Of a DNA stretch of 64,000 nt, positions 37,780 to 50,450 are shown piece by piece. The notes beneath the pieces are model-generated. The model was not told the DNA's origin. It worked only from the letters and a program-made list of their open reading frames with translations, and did no database searches. The stretch comes from Camelus dromedarius (lineage: Eukaryota), in assembly GCF_036321535.1 (NCBI RefSeq), contig NC_087450.1, positions 63,302,001-63,366,000 of the forward strand, written 5' to 3'. How positions within the stretch are numbered: position 1 is the first letter of the stretch; each line of letters starts with the position of its first letter. Both the position numbers and the translations under genes were made by a program.

Positions 37780-38780
37780 CCCGTCAGCCTGCACGAGCCC
37801 CCGGGGAGACAGGGATGGGGACGCCGGAAGGAAGGGGGAGCCGGGTGAGGAGGGGGCGTCGGGAAGGAAGGCGGAGGCGCAGCGGGGAAGGGGGCACGGG
37901 GTGAGGAGAGGGCGGGGGGAGGGAAAGGGGGCTCGGAGGGAAGGAGGGGGCGTGGGGGGAGAAAGGGACGCAGAGGGGAAGGCGGCGCGCGGAGGGAAGA
38001 AGGGGGCCGCGGGGGGGGGGCCCGAGAACGAACGACTGCGGGGGGCCGGCACTCACCTGCGGGGCACCAGCAGGCGGCCGGGGCGCCCGCCGTGGGTGGC
38101 CGGGGTCGGGGCTCCCTCGGCGCTCATCGCCCCCAACTCGGCGGGGCCCGCACTCCAGGCCGTGGGGGCTCAGCGCCGGGGCCCCCCGCAAGCAGCCAAG
38201 AGCCCCGCGGGCGCCGCCTCCGCGCCGCTCTGAGCTCGGGCTCCGCGGGCGGCGGCGGGAGGGGCCGAGCGCCGAGCCCCGCCCACGAGCCCCGCCCCCG
38301 CCTGCCTCCGGAGAGGAGGGGTTGCCAAGGGGCGGGGACCGGCTGCGGGCGCGGGCGCGGGCGCGGGCGGGGCGCGGAGAGCGCGGGCGCGGATGGGCTC
38401 CCACCGGTGGGGTCGAGGCCCGGGCGCTCGGGGCCCAGCGGGAGGATGATAGGTTTGGGTGCTGAGGCTCCCTCGGGCGGGCGCCCCCTTCCCGCCCCTG
38501 CCCCCTGCTTGATCTGACTGGGGTCGACCCTTAGACCACAGCGTGGCGCCCCTGGGCCTTCCAGGCCCTCGGACGGTCGCCACCGCGCTGCTTTCCGGGT
38601 CCCTAGGGACCGCCCCCCTGCGACCTGCCCTTCACACGGGCGCTGACGCTGGACCCCGGGGACCTCCAGGACAGGAAAGCGCACAAAAGCCTAAATGCGC
38701 GCACGCCCGCGCCCGGGCGCGGAGGCTCCGGGGGCGCCTGGGGCGCACGGCTGGGCCTGACCCTGGCCTCACACCCCAGA
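37780..38780. promoter_or_regulatory. SNTG2 promoter CpG island
   Basis: Very high GC and CpG density around exon 1; (GCGCGG)n/GGGCGG GC-box-like run at about 38345-38395; no obvious TATA. Confidence 0.85.
38057..38127 (-). CDS. SNTG2: Gamma-2-syntrophin coding exon 1 (71 nt, one base short of phase 0)
   Basis: Minus strand reads ATG AGC GCC GAG GGA GCC CCG ACC CCG GCC ACC CAC GGC GGG CGC CCC GGC CGC CTG CTG GTG CCC CGC AG|GTGAGT = MSAEGAPTPATHGGRPGRLLVP, colinear with recalled human MGTEGPPPPAASRGRQGCLLVPAR. Strong donor CAG|GTGAGT; lies in a CpG island. Confidence 0.88.
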
Positions 38781-39199
38781 CTGTGACTCGGGCACCAGCG
38801 GGTGGGCTGTTCCCTTGCTCTTTAAGGACGACGGTACTGGGGTGTGTAGACTCCAGTCATCCTAATTTAAATGTAAAGGAAAATTAGTTTGGGGCAAATC
38901 TCAGACACACACACACAAACCACACAACCAACCTTTTAAAAGAAGCATTTATTTTCCTCCCTTTCCAAATCGATGTCTCCCCAGTCCCCCGACACTCGCA
39001 GCGGCACGAACGTGCACAGCCCTTCGTCCCAGGAAGCCAGTTTCATTGTCCTTCCAAGGCCAGGAAAGCCGGACAGCTGGGGTGGCGGGGTGGCAGGGTG
39101 GCGCCCGCCCCCCTCCGCAGGTGGAATGGAACAAAAATTAAAGACGCTGCTCTTTCTGACGCCAACCTGGTGTTTTCCGGCTCCATCAAAAGAGAACGG

Positions 39200-39975
39200 A
39201 CTTGAAAAGTGTTACTTTAAGATGTATGAAGTGCTGGTTTCATACACTTCTATACTGCAATGTGACCACCACCCTAAGTTGGCTGATACCTTCATCAGCT
39301 CATATAATTACCATTTCTTTTTTCGTGGTGAGAACATTTATAACCTACTCTCGGCAACTTGCAATCATGTAACACAATACTGATCAGTCACCAGGCTGAA
39401 TGTGGGAGACCCAGGATGTGTTCACCTTAGAACTGAACAACATCCTGTGTCCCCCAACCCCGATTTATTCTCTTCGACCGAGCCAGGCTTTTTTAGATTC
39501 CACATTTGAGACTGCACAGTATGCATCTTCCTCTGACTGACTGGTCTCACTTAACATAATGCCCTCAAAGTTCATCCATGTTGTTGCAAGTGGTAAGCTT
39601 TCCGTCTTTCTCGTGGCTGTGCAATAGTCATTACATGTGAGCATAATACACACGGATGCACACGTGTATGTAAATCAGGTACACATGCGTACACATCTAT
39701 CTGATATATCATGATACATACACGTACGCACACGCGCACTCTCACCCCACGTCTTCTTTATCCATTCATCCATTACCGTACACTCGAGTTGTACCCATGT
39801 CGCGGCTGTTGTGAATAATGCTGATTGAACATGAGAGTCAGATAGCTTTTCTCAATATTCTGCTTTCATTTTCTTTGGTTATATACCCAGAAGGGGGATT
39901 TCTGAGTATAGTAGTAATTCTATTTCTTTTTTAAGGTACTTCCATACTGTTCTCCATAGTGGTTGCACCAATTTA
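39200..39975 (-). mobile_element. Older L1 3' end (L1MA/L1MB-like)
   Basis: TTAGATTCCACAT..CACTTAACATAATGCCCTCAAAGTTCATCCATGTTGTTGCAAG..TCCATACTGTTCTCCATAGTGGTTGCACCAATTTAC is the reverse complement of the ORF2 C-terminus and 3' UTR. Confidence 0.85.
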
Positions 39976-40879
39976 CAACTTGTTTCAACTGCTGAGCAGG
40001 CTGGGTTTCTAACCCAGATGACGAGAAGAATTGGGCTTTGCAGATTTCTCTCTCCTTTGTATCCCCAAATCTCCTGTGCAGAAATCTACTGACGCTTCTT
40101 AATGCTCATTGGGTTACACTTAGAAGCTCCTGAAATGCAAAAATTAGATCCTTTTAATCCCTGGCACAGTGCCCTGAACAAAATAATTTCTTGGGTGAGT
40201 TGGTAAGAAATATTGTACTATTTTTTTATTTATAGCAAAATCTAGCATAAGAAAAAGAAAGTATGAAGGATTGTTATTTGATGTTACATTTTTAAAAAAG
40301 AGTGCATGCATATAACCTCTGAGATCCTAAATTTCTGCAAGATACACAAAGACACTGTCTTATTAACCCCAAGGGAAGACCCATCCCAGGAGCTGAAGAG
40401 AGAGAAATGCAGAAGTGTTGAGTTTACAAGATTTGAGTTTTGTTCAAATTTTACTATTAAATTGTTGAAAGAATATGGTCATAGTTTTTTTTTTTCCAGA
40501 GTAAAGTTAACTTATTTGTAAAATACAGTTTTATTCAACGATTTCTGGGATCCTTTCTACACTAAAATTGTGTGATTCAGGTCATCTCAGGTGCTCTGGG
40601 GCTGCCTTTGGACAGCTAAATGATTCTGCGTTTAACGGCGGCACCTCTGTTTTCATGCTTTATGTGTTAGGGTTGTGCATGTATTTTTAATAATGGGGCT
40701 CTAGCGCAATAATAATGATCATAAATCATGAAACACTGACTATCCTGAAACTCTGAGAGGGAATAACCTGGTGTGAATTTCCTATCTGAAACCCAACTCT
40801 AAAATTTTCATGGTCAACATGGAGTTCTTTCTCGGTTGTGTCTGAAAACTGTGTGTAAACAGTGTCTTCTTAACTTACT

Positions 40880-42600
40880 GACTTTTAATTTTGAAATAAT
40901 TCCAAGTTTACAGAAAAGTTGCAGTTGTACAAAAACCTTCCACTTACCTCGTCTAGATTCCCGAGTTGCCTGTATTTAACTGCATTTGCCCTAGGATTCT
41001 GTTTCTCTCTATTTATATACAGATTATTTTTTGAAGTGAGTGGAAAGTACTTTGCAGACACAAGGTGCCATCACCCCGAGTACTTAACATGCTTTTCCTA
41101 AAACTCAGACACAGTCTCTCACCTTCGGAGCATACACATTAAAATCGGAAAATTATCAGTCACACAATAATGGCGGACCACGGTCAAACTGCACCAATTT
41201 TCCCAAGAACATACTACCATAGCAATACATACGTAATAGCTGATTTTCTCCCTTTTCTGTCATCCCTTCTGCTTTGAACCAGTTCAGGATCGTGATCTGC
41301 TGTTACTTTCAGGATCGCCATCTGCCATTAGCTGACGTCCCTTTGGTTCCCTTCAATCTCAATCTTGACATTTTTGAGAGTATAGGACGTCCCTCACACA
41401 GGAGTCGTCCATGTTTCCTTCTTTCCTTGATTCCTTAATACATTTTGGCTGAAGTCGCACACACACGGCTTTGTGTGCATCATGGCAGAAGACTCACGGT
41501 GTTCACTTGTCCTGGTTCTGGTGACATCAGCTTTACCTCTTGGCTAAAAGTGTCTGCCGGGTTTCTCCACTGTGAAATGAGTTAATGAATATGGGGCCGT
41601 GCTCGTTAGTAAGTAACAGTGAATACATCTGTCAATAAGAGATCACTGTAAATTTGCCTATGGGTGGTCGCATTCTGCACAACAGACCACGCTAAACGCA
41701 GCAGCTTCCAGCTCTGCTGGTGTACCGTCCCACACGGATTCTGTGGACCAGACACTCGCGGCACTCGGGAAGGGCCGGTCTAAGTGCTTCTAGCTCAGAG
41801 TGTGTCGGGAGGTCGCAGCTGGGGGCACACCAGGCCTGAAGTCCTGTGAAGGTCAGACTGAGCCTCTGGGACCTTCTCCGTCTGGTCCCCTGTGAGGGGC
41901 CGTGTGAGCGTCCTCCCGGCATGGTGGCTGGCTTCCCCCAGAACAAGCGGTCCAAGAGACCCAGCTGTGATGTCAGAGGCTCACATCATCACTCCCTCTG
42001 AGTGAACATGGTGGGTCACGCAGGGCCACCCCAGACTCCATGTGGGAGGCCAGGACGCGAAGGCCAGCTCATCCCTGCATCTCTGGAGGTCGCCGTGGAG
42101 GCTGGGCTGCCCTGTAAGTTGAAAGTGGGTATTTAGTAACCCACTGCTGACTCTTGCTTGAATCAGTTGTTACTACGACGGTTGCCAAAAGGTGAATCTG
42201 TAGCTTTGTCTTTCCCCACTCGCTGCCTGGTACTCTGCACAAATGTATTTACTTACTCATTCATCTATCTGTATCAATGTGAAGACATTTATTTATACCT
42301 ATTCCATTCATTGGGTTATATTCCATCACTATTTTGATGCTCACATTGTGCCAGATTTGGCCAATTAGAGCCCCTGGGAGCTGACTCCTGTGTCCTTCAA
42401 GTGTCCCCATCATGCCCTGAGGACTTCCTCATTTCTGTCCAGACTTGCTTTTTCACTCCGTCCCAGCACCAGCCCGCACCCCAGGAGCCCTGACTCCTGT
42501 TAGTGGAGAACAGAGAATGGTACTTAGTGAAATCTATACTCGAAGGGCTCTCTGCTGTGAAACTACGGGCTCCCAGCTCCCTTGGCAGACAGAACTATGA
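40880..42600 (-). mobile_element. Ancient L1 3' UTR (L1MC/L1MD-like), interrupted at about 41660-42115
   Basis: TTTTAATTTTGAAATAATTCCAAGTTTACAGAAAAGTTGCA and later blocks resemble recalled L1MC/MD 3' ends. Confidence 0.55.
41660..42115 (-). mobile_element. MaLR (MLT1-like) LTR relic
   Basis: GGCATGGTGGCTGGCTTCCCCCAGA..GCTCACATCATCACT..GGTCACGCAGGGCCACCC resembles reverse-strand MLT1. Confidence 0.5.
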
Positions 42601-45600
42601 AGCACATATCTAAAATTTCTTATGTATAAATGTAAGTGTGTCTATGCACACACTTGTCATTCTCTGCTGGCCGCCCACACCGTTGTGCAAGTTCACACAC
42701 ACCCTTCCTTCCAGATCCCCGCGCAGGGTCGCCCACCCTCTTCACAGCTCTCTTCTCCGTCAGGGGCTCCTGTTACTCACAGATTTATTTGCTGTTTGAC
42801 TTAGTGCCCGTGTACCTAACCGAGCTCTCAGAAAGGTGGCCCTTCTACAGGACGTCGGCTCAGCTGGCCCTAGATGCTCAGGCCTCTCTCGGCCCCCCTC
42901 ACCCCACACACAGGGGCGCCAGCCGGCCGAGGGCCTCCCAGGAGGACTCAGGACCCCTCCAGCCCCACCTGTGCAGGGCTTTCCTTTCTCCACGGTCTCA
43001 GCCCCTCAAGTCCCGGCTGCTTCGGGAGCTGGAACTCCACCTTTACTTCTCCAGACCTAGAGGACCGAAGAGTGCTCGAAGCTGCTGTGTCTGCTCAGTT
43101 TCTCGGCCCAGAGCTGTTTACAGATGCGCAGATCCCCTGATCAGAAGCCACACAGGACGTGAGGTCGTCTTGGAGCTCCCTCCTCTCTGCATCCTCATCC
43201 GAGGCTCTGGGGCACTGGCTCTTCTCCCGTGTGCTCAAAACCAGTGCTGTACCATATCCAGCCTTCATGTTTGCTCTTTTTTTCAGAAAGATGGTCGAAT
43301 GCAGCTTTCTCCATCTTCCTACATGCAGAAAACTCTAGTGTTTTTAAACCGCACTTGCTACAGAAGAAGTATGTTTGCCTATGACGTAAGTTATTGGTGT
43401 TGTCTGAACTAGAAATTCAGTAACTAGTAAAACCAATCCATGAATTATTTATGAAAAAGACTATCTCATGATCACTTACCATATTTCTACCAACTAATGA
43501 AAAAACGGCTCAGTCTCTGTAGTTACTTGAAGGCCCAGTTGCAAGTTGATCTTCAGAAAATTAAAACCATTGTTAGTTATTTTTCCCGGAACATTTAAGA
43601 AAGGGGCCAATGGTCAGGGTCAATCTGGACAAAGGTAAAAATATATTTTCAGTTTCATTGACCCTAAACCTGGCCTGTGGGGTTTCCCTGTTTCTCTTAA
43701 CAGAAGAGAGCGTGGTCTTGGTGTCTTCAGACGGCGTGGGGGAGGAAGAGTGGCGTCCGTGTCTGCTCAGAGGACAGTGCTGGGGGTGGCTGTGCACCTC
43801 CCAGTCACACTGGTGCCTTCAAACACTGATGTCATAGTCCCCAAGTTAAGGAAAAGGAGACAGAGATTGAGAGGGGAGCATGTGAGCTTTACGGCTCAGC
43901 GATGCCCACCTGTGAATCTACCTACGCCACTGTGAAATCCGCCTGCACACACGCACAGGCGTGCCCTCGGGCCTGCGTCACAGCCTCGTTGAAACAGAGA
44001 ACTACCGGGAATGCCGTCTTCACACAGTAAAAGGGACTAAACATGCACCAGTTAAATACATGCATTTTTGCGCAGCTGCTACTGAGAATGAGGTCTATTC
44101 ACCATTTATGTCTGTTAGCCGAGGTCCACAATGTCGTAGGAGAAAACGAAGTTAGAGAATGGACACACTGAATGGTACACTTTATGACAAAACACAGTGC
44201 CGTGTATGTGACAACGTGCACCTGTCAATAAGGTGTGTTCTGGAACCAGCTCACGGGGACCAGTCGTTTACGTCTCTTCCCGAGTCTGCGGGGGAGGAAG
44301 GCGTGTTTGCAGCTGGAGGTCGGCCATGGTCGGAGTATTGTCACCCGAGAAACTGGCAAGAGACCCAAGCTGGAGCTTTTCATTAAATGAGAGCTAGCTC
44401 ACCAGTGCCCAGTCTCACGTGTGTACGTGCTTTCACACCCATGCGTCCATGAGGGTACTGACGGCGCCCCCTTGGAAATAAACGTGATTACGAAGAATAT
44501 TTCATCCTTAGTAATATTTGTGTTTTTTACTTTTCAAAGAGAAAAGGTAATATCTGTATTGATAACACATTTTTATGCTATCAATACCATATACCTTCAT
44601 ATGTAGCATATACGATATACTACGTGATAAATACTATGCAGAAGTAAGTTTTTTCTGTGGAAAAACCTGTTAGTTTATATTCAACTCAAGATGTTAGTTA
44701 TTCATGTTGTATTTTTTAAAATAATTGCCTAAATGCAGCTTAAAAGAGCATAAGCCATGTGGCTGTGGGTTGTAACACAGTTCTGTCCTAGAGGCAAATA
44801 TTGCCCAAAATACAAGTAAATAAGAGGAGATGTTTTATTTGAAAAAATACGCATAGAACGTCCCATCCATTTGCTCTAAAACTGAGGACAGAAAGTCTGG
44901 GATAAGCCTAGGCTGATATCAAGAAGCACTCCTCCCAGGGGCGGCTCTCCAGCTCCTGCCCTCACTTTGCAGCCGTTTGTAAACATCTTAAGGCCGCGCT
45001 CACTAGATACAATCTGGTGTGAGTGTAAGTTATGCACACACGCTCACATGTGCACACGCACACGCACACGCACAAGTGCATACACATCTTTTGTCTCCCC
45101 GCCTGGACGTCAAACTCGAGGAACCCCAGTGCTCTGCTCTGGGCTGACCTGGTGTTCGGGGCCCTCACTCCTGAGGGCTGGACTTGTCAGCTGGCACCGA
45201 GACCTACTGGGCCTTCCACAGTCACTGAGCAGGGGCACGGAGTCCCACGCCAGGGTCTGTGGGGGTCTGTGTTGGACCCTAGAGGTGGACTAGCCCTCCC
45301 AAGTTCAGGTAACCGTGACCTTAATTCCACGACGTGAGATTTCTGAGACGAACCACAAGTCAAAAGAAAAGGCTTGTCTCTCCGGAGGAGCCGGTCTCAT
45401 CACCGGCAGGATTACTGTTGCTCACTGATCAAGTCGGTGTCCACTCAGCGTCTCTGCTGTGGTCACTTCTCTCCTGTGACTAATGCTCTGTGACGTGCTA
45501 GAGGCCTTGGAAAATCCTGTTACGTAGCAAGTCAAAACCCAGTAAGTTTAGGTTTCATGGACATGAAGATAACATCAAAATGAATAATTTAGGTAAATCT

Positions 45601-45784
45601 CTGTCTTAGTTTGGAATTTATCAATATTTCTGAAAATGAATCTGGGTAAGAGCACTTTCAAGACTTTATGTGAAAATTGAATCACATTTCAGGAAAGGTT
45701 TTTATAATGTTTTCATGTCCACCAGGTTTTAATAAAGACAACCAGGGGCTGAGCTCTCCCCTTCATTTATGTTTGCCTGATTAC

Positions 45785-46045
45785 ATACGTGTGTGAGTAT
45801 GTGAGGTGTGCATGTGTGTGCACACATGTGAGTGTGTGTGTGTGCATGCAGTGCATGCTGTGAATGTGCACACTGAGTGCGAGGTGTGTGAGGTGTTGCA
45901 TGTGTGTACAAATGTGTGAGTATGTGTGCTGTGCACGTGTGTGAGGTGTGTGTGCACATGTGAGTGTGTGTGTGCATGCAGTGTATGCTGTGAATGTGTG
46001 CACGTGTGTGAGTGTGTGAGGTGTGGGTGTGTACACGTGTGCGAC
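45785..46045. repeat. TG-rich RY tract with internal ~130-bp duplication
   Basis: TGTGCATGCAGTG(C/T)ATGCTGTGAATGTG at 45841 and 45971. Confidence 0.9.
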
Positions 46046-46059
46046 TGTGTTCCAAGGGC

Positions 46060-46625
46060 TTCCACCTCACGTTCACCTCCGGGCGGAAGGAGCGGGGTGG
46101 GGGAGTGAGGGGCCTCAGCGGGTCTCTGGTTCCGGGACTCCGGCCCGCCGGCCGTCTGGACGCCCATCGATGCTGAGATGTACCCGCCCCCGCCTCCCGC
46201 CCCCGCCACGTCCATCTCGCCGTTCGGCTGTCCAGGGTCACAGCCAGCCTGAAGCCCTTCAGAGCGCGCTCCGGTGCGGGGCTGGGGGTCCCGGGTCCCC
46301 CGACGACCGCGGGAGGGGCCGCCCGGCTGCGCTGCGGGGCACCTGCCGCGGGAGGAGATGGTTTTCTGGGAGCGGAGACGGGGCTCGGCCGGGTGGCCCC
46401 CGCGCGGGGCCTCGCTTCCTCACAGGTCAGATGAGGGGAGCCCCAGCCTCCAAGACTGCTGCGAGGGCTAAGTGAGAACACGAGGGGTTTCAGGCGCGCT
46501 GGGCCCGGGTATTGCCCGCGGACACCCGCAGCGCTGGCGCAGGCGCCTGATTCAGCGCCCACGGAGCTCACTGGTGACGGACACGTTCCAGCCCGGGGCC
46601 TCGAGGGGCAGGGCGGGCGGAGGCC
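46060..46625. promoter_or_regulatory. Orphan CpG island about 8 kb upstream of SNTG2 exon 1
   Basis: About 560 bp of dense CpG/GC between a TG-rich repeat and AT-rich DNA; no gene recognised. Confidence 0.55.
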
Positions 46626-48732
46626 TCAAATGTTACCTCTTACTCCTGTATCAAAGGATATCCAAAAATTTTAAACAGACACCTTAATTGTCTTAAATTA
46701 TGGTGTCAGGCAGAAAGATTTTTAAAAATTAAGTTCTAATGATGAAAAGGCATTTTATTAATCTTTCTCCCATTTGATTTGAAATTACTTAATTCTCTGA
46801 AACGTTCTTTTATCTGGTCACGGACATGGAATTAAAAAATTCTGGGTCATGGAGGTTCAAGTACTAGTTGGATGTGTATTCACCGTCAAAAATATTTTTG
46901 TGACTATTTTATGGAAGCTCGTGAAGTGAACAATTTTTATAAGAAATCTTATTTTCAAACCTACCATTTTCTCAATAGTCAGTTGAGGGACACTGTGTGC
47001 CTGCTGCACCCCGACCCGGTGCCTGCTTGCAGTAAACGTATACGCTCACTGAGGACACGCGTGCACACAGATCACGCACAGTGAGTGTGATGCGTTACAT
47101 CGGCCAGCGTCCACAGCGAGATGTCACAGAGCACTCACCCACAAAACGAGTGTGGTGGCAGGAGCCGGTGCTCAGGAGAAGGAACCGCCCCCACCTCCGC
47201 TTACTGTTGGTGTATTTACATACATAACGTGTAAAAATTTACCAAAACTTGCATCTCCTGAAAAAGTTTTTGATAACGTAAATGTGCGATATTGCGTTTT
47301 AAGCCTCACTCTAAAGAATCTGATGGACTCTTACTCGCAAAGTTTTTGTGCCTTTTCTCTCCCCTGCTTTTTGTGAAAAAATCATTGATTTATTCACACA
47401 GTAATTCTTTGCAGATAAGACTGACACAAATGGCTGTTCTTTTGCTGGACAAAGGGGATCATGGGAAAAGAAGTTTAATTTTTTTGGCTGTTTTGTCTTT
47501 GCGGAGGAAAAACTGTCTCTCGGGGAGTTGAGTCTGTTTCTGTCCACGCTTGCGGAACCCCACTCACCCACCCTTGTCTCAGGGGGCAGGGAGATAGGAG
47601 AGTGTTCACCCTTCAAAGGTCTTCCTGAGATGGAAATGTGATGTGATGCTTTGGACAAAGAAAGGCCAGATTTAAGGACTGAAAGAGAGAGCGCACCTTT
47701 GAGAACCTTGTCCCGCCTTGAGGATCATCTTGATTTAACCGCATCCTCTATGACCACTGCCTATGTGCAGTGGCGTCGGGGGGAGTCACTGGACTGCCGA
47801 CGTCATGGTCTGGCTGACGACGAGGGGTCGGTTTCTCCTCCTGTCCCGGAGGCAGTGAGAGCGCAGCTTCCTGCAGAAGGAACAAGCCCCCTCGGGCAAG
47901 TCCCGGGCCCGGGGTGGTGGGGGTGCTGTGGCAGTCCTGCAGTTACGCGGCAGTCCATGCAAACTTCAGAGCAGAAGCTCGCCTTTGAGACTGGACTGCG
48001 TGAGTGGATGCCGGACCTTGGTCTGCGCAGCCGTGGGAACGGTTTTCTTGTTGAGAACTTACAGTGAGCACAAGTTTCCAAATCAGTGGGATGGATTTTC
48101 CAGTTCAGTGGTTACAATTTTCCAAATGATTGAATTTGGAGTAGAATTTACCCAGAACGGACCAGTTTTCAGGCTTTTTGATTACAGTGGATTTCCTCAA
48201 TTTGGGAATGTATTTTACTTTTTTGGCAAAGATTGTTGAGTGCTGATTTATTTTATTTTATTTAATAGACACAGAAAACGCCAAAGTCCTGGGCTTGTTT
48301 AGTCATTATTCCTCAGATCAGCATCTCAGCTGCGAAGGAGGCTTCTTGCTGTTGTTTGAAGGAAGTTTGTGTCACACCTCCTCTGCTAACCATGGGACAT
48401 GTTAGGAAAATGTCTCTATTGCACACAGAGGTGCGCTGTCAGGAGACTATTCCCAAAGCCAACAGGGTCCTGCAGACATCAGGCAGCTTCTCTGAGACCT
48501 ACCTGGCCTTGCTGAAATGTCCACAGCTCTCCATCTGCCTGACCTCGTGGAAACGTAAGTTTGATCTCATTATTGCGTATGACTTCACTACAGAGGCTTT
48601 GCATGACTTTATTTAAAAATGATCGCCCTTTAAATAGAGGAATTAGTGTGAGTTCTTCACTTTGATTTAATGGAAATGTCAAAGAAAAATACGAATGTAA
48701 AATCTGTACTATTGGCAAATGTAAACTTACGA

Positions 48733-48760
48733 ACACACACACACACACACGCACACACAG
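48733..48760 (+). repeat. (CA)n microsatellite
   Basis: ACACACACACACACACACGCACACACA. Confidence 0.9.
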
Positions 48761-50450
48761 CCACTTCATATATATTTTCTCCTTGTATATTTCCACCTGC
48801 TTTCAGATCTAGGTAGGAAGACAATGGAAGATGTATAGTATGTTGACAACGGAGCCCTCTGGGATGAGAGGCCAGGGCAATTTACCAGCAGACACTGAGT
48901 CATAAATTTAACGTGCTTGATTCCCCCTGAAGCTCAGTCTGAAATAGTGCCATCGAGTTCCTTCTGTTTTCCTGATACTTTACCAGGTCCAGGCGGGTGG
49001 AAAGACAGCGGTGGCAGTGCTGGGGGGAGGGGTTCTCCTCTGCCACAGGTGGGGCGGGGCCGCCACAGGCAGCCGCACCTGTCACCTGTGCTGGGGGGGG
49101 GGCAAGAGCCACCTGCACGCCTACCACTCGTCCCAGTCCTCGTCTTCAGGTCCCTGGACACGTGTGGAAGCCGGTGTGTGTACTTTTTTGAGCAACCTGA
49201 GAACCGAATGACAGATATTGCTTGTGCTGTAATTGTTCATTTATGTGTTGATTTCCTGAGGAAACTAAGTCTCTGGGGGATTTTAACTCAGGAGTTCCTC
49301 TTTATAAACTCATTATTTAGCATCTACCTGGCACAGAGATAAAATCGCAGGGAATGTTCGCTAAGGAACTAAACAGATGAGCTTTCTTTCTCTTTTGTAC
49401 TTTCACAAAGCAAGTTGTCATATCTGAACTGTGGGAAATGAAATAAAAGTAAGTAAAACGTTTAGAAAATCTAGAACTTAAACAGCAATACTACAAATCC
49501 ATCGTATTGATTTATCACACAGCTTTAAGGTAATCACCGTGTGCTGAGAACCGCTCTCGGTGGTGTCGAGCCAGTGGAGCAAGGCTGATCTGATTTGTGC
49601 CCTTACCCTCAGCGAGGTTGCTGTGTAGCCACGGTCGGTTCTATTAGCTGATCTATCTTTTCCAGATGGAGGTGAGACAGGCCCCGTGGACCGAGCGGCA
49701 TGATATTTGCGATGTTTGGTGCCTTGAGTGGACACTGTGCCCTTGCCAACTCACACTAGGGTATCTTTGCAAAACATGCGGACACTCAGTAGGTGTTTGG
49801 AATCTATTTCCTCAAAAATAAGCCCTTGACACAGGGGGAGTCACTCAGGTGGCACAGAAGCTGGGGCGAGGGCACTGCCGATGCAGGCAGTTGGGCAGCA
49901 GGTCCCCCTGGGACACAGTTAACCCCCTGTTGTCCAGACCAAGGTCTGGGTGCCGCGTTTTCTCCAACGCTCATTCGGGCTCACCAGCGGTGCCGCTTTC
50001 CGAGCCCTCCTGGGAGCACTGTCTGTGTTCAGTTTCCATCAGAGCTCTATGCCTAGTGAGTTACTCTGAAAACTCCACATCCCTCAGTGCCCACGGGGAA
50101 TGTTTGCTTATCTTTACCTAATTATGCCCTACTTTTCCTTTATGGATTAGCCAAGTTATTTGAAGAAAAATGAGCAAATCCGGATATTTTAAAACGCAGA
50201 GAGGTGTTACCCAGAATCCCCTGCACTGGCGTACGTGCCCTCAGACAGCACCCTTCCTGGGTGCGAGCATCAGGTATGACATCCATTACTACAGCACAGG
50301 TGAGCCGTTGTGCGTCAAGGTTGCTCTCTGTTACGTTTTCCCAACTAAAATACACTTAAACACTTGTCTATGTAATTATGGGTTTATGTCGTTTTAATTG
50401 CTATATAAAATTGCCTTTTGATATTTAACTCATTTTATATTGTTGAATAC

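Larger units (their letters stand above)
2591..38056 (-). other. SNTG2: SNTG2 intron 1 (35,466 nt, GT-AG)
   Basis: Between exon-1 donor (GT at 38056-38055) and exon-2 acceptor (AG at 2592-2591); no intervening SNTG2-like coding exon recognised. Confidence 0.8.

Noticed and set aside
38051-38056. Alternative donor at the +5 GT to fix the frame
   Set aside because: A 75-nt exon ends AGG TGA, an in-frame stop.
37430-38233. 267-aa plus-strand ORF antisense to SNTG2 exon 1
   Set aside because: Low-complexity Gly/Arg product of the G-rich tract; no homology.
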